From: Takakia lepidozioides
Taxonomy: Eukaryota > Plantae > Bryophyta
Assembly: GCA_030704615.1 (NCBI GenBank)
Contig: CM060732.1
Span: 70,308,001-70,372,000, forward strand
Reading direction: 5' to 3'
Length of the DNA stretch: 64,000 nucleotides
The translations under genes were made by a program, and so were the position numbers. Positions 39,710 to 51,559 of this stretch are shown in pieces. The notes under the pieces are model-generated. The model had not been told where the DNA came from, searched no databases, and was given only the letters and a program-made list of their open reading frames with translations. The stretch's first letter is position 1; every line of letters begins with the position of its first letter.

Positions 39710-40628
39710 CTAGCTGGTGGTGGGCCCATCCGACAACTGAGTCTTTCTAAGGTTCCAATGCAAATCCTCGCGCACACTGCTCAGAAAATAGTTAGTCGAT
39801 TCCTTATCACAGGCAGCTGGAACAGGCCATGCTGACATGTGGACCATAAGGGCATCACCGCTTAATAGTGGGTGTCGGTCCTTGCCATCAAAACTTGCCC
39901 AGACCTGGCCTCTGCTGTCCTGTGGCACCTGTAATGGATGCCCAATTGTGATATGTCAAAAAGCAGGGAGTAGTGTGAATGCCCTTCAGGATTACAGGGT
40001 CAAACAAAAGATGCTGTTTGATGATATGTTCGACAAATAACTGTTACAGTAGATATGGACCATTCAGCTCTCTTTGTTCTTATACTACAAATCCAGCTGG
40101 ATATAATCTCCCAATGCTGTTGCGAAAATGGTTGATTTGCTGACAGCTACAACACAGTGATGAGTTTAATCAATCACCAACTTTGTTACCAAGAGTTCAA
40201 TTTAGAGGAGAAATTGCAGCAATCCTTTGTTGTGTAGACTCTTCGTATCAACACTTCTCAGAAAAGATTCACCTGGATTCTAAGTGTCGCATACTCTGGA
40301 AAAATGAGTGGCCGGAAGGATAATGAATGGGGACAAATTGGAGTAAAAAGCATTCCTGGGACCTGCAAAACACACCACACAGCGGGTTACCTGTACAGCT
40401 TCATTCAAAGTTTCTAGTCCTAAGACTTAAACTTTGACTCCGAGAAACTCCACATGGTCCTTAGCACCAAATAGAGATACACATACCTGAGGGTGGACCA
40501 TCGAACCTCCAGCTGCCAATGAGTAGGCAGTGCTTCCCGAGGGGGTGGAAAGAATAATGCCATCTCCTTGTACGGAAGTGACAAAGAGATTATCACAATA
40601 GCATTCCAAGTTCGTGATAAAAGATGAC
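39710..40628 (-). CDS. NADK: NAD(H) kinase, 3' exons (>40628-40487, 40362-40273, 39928-39710); 5' part lost in the gap
   Basis: [29 protein letters not shown]|[22 protein letters not shown]...|...ASFDGKDR...LHWNLRKTQ, with GT-AG introns. Confidence 0.93.
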
Positions 40629-41128
40629 NNNNNNNNNNNNNNNNNNNNNNNNNNNNNNNNNNNNNNNNNNNNNNNNNNNNNNNNNNNNNNNNNNNNNNNN
40701 NNNNNNNNNNNNNNNNNNNNNNNNNNNNNNNNNNNNNNNNNNNNNNNNNNNNNNNNNNNNNNNNNNNNNNNNNNNNNNNNNNNNNNNNNNNNNNNNNNNN
40801 NNNNNNNNNNNNNNNNNNNNNNNNNNNNNNNNNNNNNNNNNNNNNNNNNNNNNNNNNNNNNNNNNNNNNNNNNNNNNNNNNNNNNNNNNNNNNNNNNNNN
40901 NNNNNNNNNNNNNNNNNNNNNNNNNNNNNNNNNNNNNNNNNNNNNNNNNNNNNNNNNNNNNNNNNNNNNNNNNNNNNNNNNNNNNNNNNNNNNNNNNNNN
41001 NNNNNNNNNNNNNNNNNNNNNNNNNNNNNNNNNNNNNNNNNNNNNNNNNNNNNNNNNNNNNNNNNNNNNNNNNNNNNNNNNNNNNNNNNNNNNNNNNNNN
41101 NNNNNNNNNNNNNNNNNNNNNNNNNNNN
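40629..41128. other. Assembly gap (500 N)
   Basis: Run of N. Confidence 1.
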
Positions 41129-41238
41129 GTGCAGTATGCGTTACTATATCAAAGGGGTCATCTACAGCTACCTGTTACTGCATTGCGTTGAAAGCACACA
41201 AATACACAAATTAACCAGACAGCCCACAAACAGAGAGA

Positions 41239-42565
41239 TCATATTCCAGAGTGTGCAGTGCGGGCTGACCGAGAGAGAGAATGGTCTTCTGTGGCAAGAC
41301 GCTCAAATGAGTAGCCCCAGTAACATCGACGCCGCTGCAGTGCTTCATCATGCTGAGGGCGCTCAGGCAACTTGTGAACATCCAAATACACTGTGCCTCT
41401 CCTCTTGTGTACACCCATCTCCCAGGCATCCTGTCTGTTATAAGCTGTACCCAAAATTTTGTTGAGATTGTTCCGAAAAGTAACAAAATGAATGTTGTCT
41501 AGTGGGATCTTCTTGCTGCGAATACAGGTCAATAGGTCACCAAATCCACTTGCAGCTCCATCCTCCCTCTTCTCTACATAAGAATCAAACCCTTCATTCA
41601 AATCCCCGCCTGACTCTGATAGGATTCCCCGGCGAAACCGTCGAAGACATCGCTCATCAAAATGGACACTTCCATCAGCTATCCGACTAAAGCAAGCGAT
41701 TTGGGAGGGTTCTTGGAATGGAGGACACTTCACCCGTAACATGTCATTTTTGTGGCCTATTGCACCCAGCTTCATTTCCGCCACCAGTGAATCCCCTCCT
41801 GACAAAAAAGACCAAACATACAAACTGCCAAGTTTTATCAAATCTCTAATAAAGGTCTGCTCTCTCCCATATTGTATCCAGCAAAAATGCGGGGAGCAAT
41901 TATTGAACGTCAGGTCGAGGGCACTTGATCCAAGACTGAAGACCTAATCACTGTGAACATTATAAAGCAATTGAACAGCCAAGGTATTAGTATTAACTAA
42001 GAACTGAACCAGCTGAATGAATGCCTCACTGTTGGTGATAGCAAAGAGTCTCCAACTGTTAGGTCTATTTAAGGAGATCATTTAGACTGTCCACCAGCCA
42101 GGCTTCAATCAAGGGTCCCAGGAGCGTTAGGTTGACACAGCATGCTTTAAGGAGGTGTAACTGCAAGTCATGAGATAGTGGTTGAGCTAGTGATCCAGGC
42201 AAAGTGACTTGCAGCAAAGGGGAGCCATGGTAATTGCAATGTCCTGCCTAGGTCTTACCAGCTCGTCCTCCCCAACCCAAAGATGTCGGTCCTGCTGTGC
42301 CAGAACTATGGCTCCAGGCAGGAAGAGATCCAACTGGGGGCGAACCCCGAGGCCTTTGGCCAAGACCCCCTCTCTCTAGTGCATTTCTTCGCCCTGATGC
42401 TTCCCGGAAATCCTGCTTGCGAGGAAAATGCGAAGGGGCCGGCAATTGTGGAGGCCGAAGCTGGCTGATCGCTGTGGTCTGAAGGTAGTCCTCATTCTGG
42501 CTTCCAAACAAATCCTCTTCTCCCTCTTCTTTTTCTTCTTCCATACTTGTCGTCAGTCTTGCCAT
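41239..42565 (-). CDS. DXO1: DXO1/RAI1-family decapping (deNADding) nuclease, exons 42565-42259 and 41798-~41284; similarity ends before the catalytic motifs
   Basis: [73 protein letters not shown]. Confidence 0.85.
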
Positions 42566-43805
42566 TCAATCTCCACACAAATTTCTACAATGTAGGAATT
42601 GGATTATTTGATCCTAGCTGCTGCTGTTAATTTTCTCTGCGCCTCAGCTGGCAACTTTCAGCTGCTAGGGAAGGCTTACAATACCAATAAAAATACTGAA
42701 AATGGTAAATCGCAGCAGTATATTCACTTATTTGAAGGTAAGACGGTGCCCTCAATCCTTTCTCACTAAGGGAGTTGACCCGCTCCTGCACCTTTTGGTC
42801 TCTAGCGGAGTTCTAATCGATCATAGCACCATGTACTCTTAATTCAAATAACTGCATCAAGGCAGGAGAAAAAGAAAGGAAATATTTCAGTTCCAGACTT
42901 GAATTCATCTATTCTGAGCAGGTGAAATTACGTGCACCTGGACGAACGGGCAGCAAGCACCGTCAATTCTTGCTTTGTTTACTCCGATCTGGTAGTAAGC
43001 GGATGTTATCTTAGACGCACATCTCATGGAACTGATTATGAAGGCGGAGAGTCTGTGAAGAATGGCACCCACACGGACCTCATTCCACAGGGGAAAGACC
43101 GAGATTGGCTCGCTATCAAAGTTTGAAGCATAGGGCCATATAAATTCATGCAATGCCTCATGAATACGAGGCATTCAGCATCCACGATCACAAGAGTGGT
43201 GCAATGACCTAATGCATTCTTTACGAAAAAATTGAGAACCAAAATACTTTCCCCGCATATCTTTGATTGACCGTTGCACGCTTCAACTACTTCAGGAAGA
43301 ATTATAATGAAACTCTACGTTTCTAGTTTCTACCCCTGCTTTCCTTCTTCCTCCCGCTCATACCACAAAATAAAAAGTTGCCAGGCATCAAAGAACGCCT
43401 GCCATTTCAAGCTTCCACTTCAACCACCATGGCCACCGCTCCTACTTCTTTGTATCGCCTTTTCTGTACAGTAACCAGGAAATCTCTGCGGCAATGCTCA
43501 ACAAACATCGCAAGTCCACAAGGAACTAAAATCCTCGGTTTAGGGTTTCGCAAGAATATCTTCGAAAGATTTTCAAAAACCTGTAAGACTTCAAACTACC
43601 TTTCTAGTTCGGAATATGCATTACGTGGCACTCTACTCTACGCTGACCTTAATTTCTATGATGCTCCTAACCTAGAGGGGACCAGCCTCGGTGATCCGGA
43701 CCTGTAGACCCGGCCCGAGGCTAAACACAAAGGAAGGAGCGAGAGAGAGAGAGGAGTGTTAGGGTTTTACTGATCTTTGGAGAAGGTGCGGAGGAGAAAG
43801 GAGCG

Positions 43806-45426
43806 ATGGCTGTGGCGGAGGAGGTGGGGGAGTTTTATGTGCGCTACTACGTGGGGCACAAGGGGAAGTTCGGGCATGAGTTTTTGGAGTTCGAGTTCCG
43901 GCCTGATGGGAAGTTGCGATACGCAAACAATTCCAACTACAAAAACGACACCATGATCAGGAAGGAAGTCTTCCTGACCCAGGCTGCCCTCCGCGAGTGC
44001 CGCAGGATTATCACTGATAGTGAGGTATGCCTCTTTCTGCGTGCGTGTCCGTGTGTGGATATGTAGGGTAGATGTTTACACGTTTGGCGCCATGGGGACT
44101 TGTAGCGGCGTAGGGTATAGAAGTGGCTGCAAAGCGTTGGAACGAGGGAGGGGATGTGTATTTTTCCAAGCAGACATCTGTTGGGGGGTTTTGCTGGGGA
44201 GCTGAGAGAAGTGGAAGTGGAAGTAGAGAGTTATTAGGGTAGTCGCCAACGAAAATTAGGGGCTCCTTTCTCCAACCCTAGCATGTGAGGCCTTCCCCTC
44301 TTCGAATCTTCGAGATTTCTATTTGGTAAGGATTCTTAAGCTCGAAGTTGCACCAAATTTATTCCAGTGCAGAGGATGACTCGTTAGTCAGAGCGCCAGC
44401 ATGAAGCAGTTGTGCCCACTTGTCCACAACGCCCTGTCCTCTTTACTACAGGGAAATTTGCTGGTCGATTTTTGTTCGTCAATTGTTGCCCTAGAGATTT
44501 GAAAGTCCCAATTACCTCTACATCAAAGGCGATTTGTGGAGCCATAAGCAGGAATGAAGTTGGACACATTTTTACCAGTGCAATCATCTTTCAGTTGTTA
44601 TCGATGGTGAAACTATGTTGATGATTGTTCATCTGTCTTCTCTGGATTGATTTGTCTTAGAAAATGTGTTGGCACTGTGTAGATTTTAAAAGAAGATGAC
44701 AACAATTGGCCAGAACCAGATAGAATAGGCCGACAAGAGCTGGAGATTGTGATGGGAAATGAGCACATCTCCTTCACAACGTCCAAGATTGGCTCTTTGC
44801 TTGATGTCCAGAGCAGCAAAGATCCAGAGGGGCTCCGCATATTTTACTACCTTGTCCAGGTATGGCATTAGTATCCTGTATTTATGGATGATGTGACGGT
44901 GTGGTATTGCTCCAAGTTGGTCTTTTGGTGTGTAGGTCTGAAATGTCTTACAAAAAGTTCTTTATAATTATTGTTTTTGAGACATTTTCATGAAAGTTAA
45001 TGGATATGACTCCCTTAGTAGTAGTAATTTAATGAGTGACATAGTGATTTCGTAAGTTAGTACTATGTATCCTTTGTTGATGATTTACTTGAATGGGAGC
45101 TTGCTGAACCCTGAAGTACCACTCCTATGTTGAAGGATATATAGCTACGGACATGGGGGTAATGGGCTGTGGACTAGTTACTGCAGGTTGTGTTTGTTTG
45201 CTCTGCTTGTAGGCTTTGCCTTCCAATATGGAGATTGTAGTGCATAGCAATATTTGATGTCACAGTTCTCGGATTTTAGGTGAGTAAACGCCTGGATTTG
45301 TTTTCTATCTCTCTTTTTCCTCTATTGGACACTAATGCTTTACTGACTTTTTATTTTTAATTGCAGGACTTGAAGTGTTTTGTGTTTTCACTAATTGGCC
45401 TTCACTTCAAGATCAAGCCTATCTAG
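43806..45426 (+). CDS. MAGO: Mago nashi, exon-junction-complex core protein; exons 43806-44024, 44683-44859, 45367-45426 (151 aa)
   Basis: [39 protein letters not shown]...|[22 protein letters not shown]...YYLVQ|[19 protein letters not shown]; intact with canonical splice sites. Confidence 0.98.
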
Positions 45427-46399
45427 AAGCTGGACTCAAGATTGTGCAAGGATGAGAGTCCCAAAAGGACAACCTGTTTGCATGTTTGTAACCTTCACCC
45501 ATCAGTCAATTGCTTGTTCCAGGACAAACTCAGGCTTAGTATCAGGTGTGCATTGCACAAGGTGCTTCATCCTTGGCTCCTCATTGTAGTCTGCCAAGTT
45601 GGGTGTCACTGACTGATATTTTTCGACCTGATCAAACCCCCTCACCATGTATGGTCACGATCGTAAAATTTCAAACTTTTGTAGCATGCAGTATGTTCCA
45701 AAATGGAGCAAGGTGTCTGTCTGCCTGTGCTAAAAATCATGCAAGGAATATTGGATGCCATTGTGCACAATAGGTCTTCCTTGAGTCACTGCCTTACGGG
45801 GATGCACTTGGTTTGTGATCTATGTGCAGTGGGCACTACTGTGCTTCGTGACAAAGAACTTGTCAGTGTCGTTATGTCCGTGACTTCATCTGCCTCACCG
45901 AAATTGTTACCTTATATTATTAGCACTAGACCATGAACATCTCACACACATGCAGACCTACATGTTTGGTCAGCAGTAAATTTTGATTGACTGCTGATAC
46001 CGCATTGGCATTGTGCACCACAATCCCCCGTAGTCAAGGTGTCTATGTGATGTACATCACACAATCAGAACTGCCCACAATGGCTTTGCTTCCTAGATCT
46101 CCCTACAATGCTTGGCTTGCTAACTGAGAATGCACACTGAAGTCACAACGTTAGACAGTTTTGCGGTGAGGTGGAATAAAACTTGAATGCAAGCAACATT
46201 ATAAGGCAGACTTGAAGTTGTTCCCCTGCAATCACAGCACATGTATCCAGTGCTACAAGCAATCACTCTCAATGAGTACACGATGGTAATATCACAGCAA
46301 TTTCCCTAGACCAACAATGCTTGAGTACCTACACAGATTTGACCTTCACATTTGCCATTGTTATGGGCAAGCGCCTCTCATTTTACAATATTAGCGTTG

Positions 46400-49300
46400 T
46401 TATGGCGCATGCGCGAGCTGAGCGGTGGGCCCCGCACCCGGCTTCCCCCGCGGTCGCCCAGCCACGGTTGTGGCAGCTCCCTGCGCCCCCAGTCCGCCGC
46501 GGCCAGTCCGCTGAGCCAGTCCCCTCACGTCACTCTGCCAGTCTGCCCGCCAATCCCCGCCAGTCCACTGCCCATGAGTCCGCTTCCCTCCAGTCTGCCC
46601 GTCCACCAGTCTGGCCGGCCAGTACACTGGTGGGCGTTCCCTCAGCCAGTCCCCTGCCATCCAGTCTGACGACGACGCCCGATCTGGGCCATCCATTTCA
46701 AAACCCATCCGAGCCCTCCCTTTTTAGGGCCTAAACCCTGCGACCAAATCCAACCTGTCTCTACTGAGGGCTCGTTGTTGTCCGATGTTGCGGTAGGCGT
46801 TTCCACGCACGCCCGTCTTCATCTTGTGTACCAGCGACGTTCATGATGATGAGGGGTGTGCCTGAAATGGCAGGACTGGCGGGGCGGGCTCTACAGCCAC
46901 CATCGTGCATATGCTTCCACTATTTTTGCCTTTTGTTGTGCTTTAGGGAATCTTGGGCTTTCTCGTATGGTTGTATGTCAGAAATATGCTACTGCCTTAT
47001 CTGTCCTCCATTTCGTCATCTGCTTCTGATCCCTCATGATACGCTTAACGCCCTCGTTTTGCATCCGTTCTGAGAGGCTTCACCCCTTCGTACTGCAACC
47101 GAACCCATGAGGGCGGAAATCGCGGAAGCATATGCACATGGGGGCGTGTATACATTGCAGATTTTGTATCGGACGGCGGGACTGTTTAGGGGACCAAGTA
47201 AACAAGTTTGCAAGGAACGTGCAGAAGTTGTCAATAATGGAGAACCCCAAGAAATAATGCTTTGTGAAGGATCCACATCATATGATAGAGGGCTTGGCAG
47301 CAGATTCCAGCATTCCTGCTCATCGTGTCAACGGACGTGATCCAGTCTTAAGGTCCTCAATCATCCACAAGGTCTTGTTGAATGCACAGGTCTCAGCCAT
47401 GACCTTCTCCTCGCTGAAGCGGGAGCATAATCTGTACATTGCCCAATTTTGAAGGAGGAGAGGTGGCTGAGACATGTGCAGACTGCCAGATCGCGTGGAT
47501 GTTTGTGGCGCTTCGGAGTAGATCTTGTCCGTTGACACTTGAGGACAATTCAGATATCAGTCTGATGTTCTGCCACTTCATCAGTTCATTGTACCGCAAG
47601 TCTGCGTGCATTGGGTCTGCTGGCCCGTCAGTGCCTGGGATATCCCTCTTCGGGCCTAAATAGCATGTTGTCAACCTGTTGAACCGTAGGTGTGCTGGAA
47701 GTCCGTCTGTTGGGATATCAATTTGTTGCATTTCAACTGTTGGGATATGTGCCAGTTCTGCCGGGAGTCTGTTTAGGGTTGGGTCTGTTCGACTTTTCAG
47801 TTTTCCCCTTGGTCTCTTTTCCCGTCAGTCTGCTGGCTTCTTTTCCTATCAGATTCTCATCAGTCTGTTGCACCCTCCTCTGCTACATACTCTTCTATGG
47901 ATATCAGTCTGTTGTGCCGCCAATCCCTTGGAAGTGGGACTGTTCGACTTTCCTGTTTACTATAAGTCTCGTCTACCGTCAATCTGTTGAACCGTCGGTC
48001 GGGTGGAAGTCCGTCTCTTGGGATATAAGTCCGTTGCACTGGTACTTTACCACTGAGTTGTTCCGCGAGTCTGTTCGCAGTGGGTCTTCGGCAGTCCTGT
48101 TATCTTCTTTCCGCTGGACCGCACTTTTATTCGCATTGCTTTTCCAGTGAGTCTGCTGAGCCGTCGGTCTGGTGGTCACTGGGTCTCTTCTGATATTAGT
48201 CAGCTACGGCAGGAGGAGACTGTTATAGCGGAAGACTATTTGCAGTGGGTCTATTGAGCCGTCATTGTCATCACGTTTGCCTAGTGAACAGTTTGTCTGT
48301 TGGGATATCATTATGTTTGAAATGAGTCTGTTGTCGTGCAAGTCTGTTTTCAGTGGGTCTGTTCGGCCGTAATTGGAGTATGGTGTAAGTCTGCTAGACG
48401 TAATAAATGCAGCGACGGCGCCAAGGATGCCTAGTCATGTCGGGCCACATCATTAGTTTCATCAGTTTGTTTAACCTTCCGTCCAGATTGTGGACTGTCC
48501 TTGCAGTGGCATAAGAATCTGTTGTGGCACCCGTTTGTTTGTGGTGGGTCTGTTAGGCCGTCTTTGTTTTCATGTGTAAGTCTGCTCGACATAATAAATG
48601 CAGCGACGGCGGCAAGGACGCCCAATCATCCCGCACCACGTTCTCAGTCTCCTGTCTGTCTGGCCTCAGTGTGCTTCAGTCAGTCTCCTGTCAGTCTCTT
48701 CTTAGTCTACCCCGGTCTGCTCTTCGTCAGTCTGTTGAACCGCCAGTCTGCTCCTCATCAGTCTGTCCAACCGCCAGTCTGCTCTTCGCTAGTCTGTTGA
48801 ATCGCCAGTCTGCTGGACTGTTCGTGCAGTGGCATACGAGTCTGTCCGTTCATACTCACACGTGTGGAGTGCAATGGCACACGTGTGATTGTTGCGGACC
48901 TATTCAAAGCGAGTGGCAAAAAGGCGGCGCCAGTAAATCGTTGCCACGTCACTCCGCGGCATGCAACGGCTTCCTTCTGGCATACATGTTCTCCTCTTTT
49001 CTCTAGACTTCTTTCGCACTGTTTTGTTTTGGGGCTGTCTAACTCCCCTGCGTGCCCGCGTTCGTTTGTGCGTGCTAGCTTTTCTAGGCGCGGAGAGTCA
49101 CGTGAGCCGCAAATCGTCGCCAACAACGTCGTCTCCGCCTCCGCAACACGTCCTTGGCCCGGTGAGCTGTCTGCTTTGTGCTTTGCTATCTTCCCATTGT
49201 CTTCTTCTGATGTACTATGTTTTCTTATTCTAAGCATTGTGTCTGCATCCATTCTCTGATTCTGCAGCCATGGAGGATGCTTGTGAAAATGATGGAACGG

Positions 49301-51150
49301 ACTGGTTGCATTTCGTGCACAAGTCCAGGTTAAAGGAGCGAAGGTACTGGTACTCACCAGAGGAGTACGATGCGAAACTAGTGGAAACATTCTTAGACCT
49401 CCGCGCAGTCAAACCTGCGGCTCCAACTGGTAGAAAGATAGGCTCCACTGTCCCTTCTGCAAGGAAACTATCAAGGACAAAGTGCAGCTAAACCGCCATT
49501 GTGTTGATACGAGTTGTAAAAACAAGTGCCACATCCTGTTTCAGGCCGTGGCCGGTACAAAGCTCTATGAGGGTGGTGAATGCAGCCACCGCTAGACTCC
49601 GCGACGTAAAACCAAAGGCCCGCACTTTGGGAGAAGTGCGCGCATGGTTTCCAATGCATCCTTTTCAATGGAAGACATGCAGGACCTCTCATCACCAGTG
49701 GCTCCCAGAAAAAGGAAACTCAGTGATGGGGCTCAGAGAAGGAAAGAGAAAAGGCCTTAAGGTCTGCTCGGGAGGCCAGGGGAAATTCTTTGCAGCAGAC
49801 TCATCCCCAACACGAACGGTCACGGGCTGTGCCAGGGAAACGGTCTACTCAGTAGACCCACACCATCAGTAGTTTGAGCGAGAGTGAGTCCAATGAGCCC
49901 AGTCAGTCTGGTGAGCCCTCCCAAGAGATCATCCGGAATGATGACTTTGGAGGGGTATCATCTCCCGTTGACATTCTCTTGCCGGACCAGTCTCAGGCCC
50001 ATGTGGAGGAAGTCCAGTCGAAACAGACTAGTGAGGTAGTTTGTCCTAGCACATTGCGCCTCATTCTTTTTGGGTTTTTGCCATCGGTGTGCCCAACAGT
50101 GGACAATCCAGACTTTTTCCGTTTTTTTTTTCAGTTTCGTCAAGTCCGGACAGCTGCACAAAACTGCCCGAGCAGCGGAACAAAATTGGTTGAGCTCTCT
50201 CAAAGATGAGGAGGAGGAGTCTGCCGACGAAGACGAGGAGGTAATGCCCAGTCTGTCCTCGCAGTCTACTCGGTCTGCCCAATCTGCTCGGTCTGCTGCA
50301 TCAGTCTGCTGGTCAGTCCGTTTGTCAGTCCGATGGCATCAGTCCACAGGTTGAGTCTGCTCGTCTTCCTTCGTAACTTCAGTAGTACAGTCCAGCAATA
50401 CAGTCCATTGTGGGTACGTGAGTCCTGTCATTCACACGGGCCCGTTGAGGCTCCAACCGACTCTGTTCAACGAACCATGAACTAGACTGGTGGACATGAA
50501 GTGTTGATGGGTCAGTGTGGGTACGTGAGTCCTGTCATTCAACGGGCCCGTGTGTCTGAATTTATCCAAAGTTCTATGAGGCAATTGACGGAGCCTACTT
50601 TTGCCCCAGGGCCATCTATATACTTTGGCGCATCGATTGAAGATATAAACCAGTCACCGGTAAATCAATCCTCGCCAGTAGCCCATGGCCTACCATCTAT
50701 TTCCATTCAATTGAGCCCGGTTTTGGTTCGTTCACTGGCGAAAGTCTTAGATGATTCTTACGTGAGCGAGCGTAATTTCGGAACTCAAACCCGTATCATT
50801 GACCTTACTAAAAAACCAGAGGACGTACTTGCGGTTGATGTCCAAATGCCGGAACAACAGACTGTCCAGATGTCGGGGCAGCAGACTGTCCAGACAGCAG
50901 ACTGCAGACTGCCTAGATGCCGGAACAGCAGACTGTCCAGATGTCGGGGCAGCAGACTGTCCAAACAGCAGACAGCCACTAGAAGCATTTGTGTCTTTTC
51001 CGAATCGACTGGGTGTCCGCCAACCACTCCAGGAACCACTTGGCAGTAAGCGGGACTACTGAAGAGTCGAAACGGACAATGTGGGCCCACGGGGGCATTT
51101 CTGACGGCGGGCAGAAGTGGGGTCAACGACTCCAAAGTCGTAGCAAAAAT
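46400..51150. mobile_element. Unclassified repetitive/TE-like segment rich in (C)AGTCTG/CAGACTG motifs
   Basis: Higher GC than its flanks, dense AGTCTG hexamers, short tandem repeats at 48640-48815, 50250-50365 and 50855-50975, and fragmentary ORFs with no recognised domain. Confidence 0.35.
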
Positions 51151-51559
51151 CCGGGCTATTTAATTAATTGCGTAAATACATAAAATTTGAAAAAAACGAA
51201 AATTACAAGTGGTTCTAATTACTGCACATGCGACTAGAAATTTTCATTCATAATTTGATTAATGGAACAAGCCTCAAACAGCAATGAGCTCTCTTCTTTT
51301 GGCAAAACATAGAGGGGAGGTGAGAGTAAGGGGCATGACTCAGCACAACACCCCAATCGGAGCCTTTGACATGGTGTAAGGTCCTTTGACCACATTTTCT
51401 CCATTGACTTCAACATGATGCATAGTCTCTCTTCTGCATAAGAGAGCCAATAAAGATATTTATTCATTAAAGTGAATATGTAGTCAACTCAACTACTCCA
51501 TGAACCACTGCGTATTGATTGCACCCGTGATTCGGGGCCACATTTGCTGGAACGTTAGC

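Noticed and set aside
40614-41465. Long ORFs in the ORF track
   Set aside because: Artefacts of the N gap.
42905-43707. Small ORFs between DXO1 and MAGO
   Set aside because: No recognisable domain or splice structure; probably shared promoter or intergenic DNA.
51126-51160. Helitron 3' hairpin (ACGACT-CCAA-AGTCGT)
   Set aside because: Short stem, no CTRR at the expected position and no Rep/helicase.
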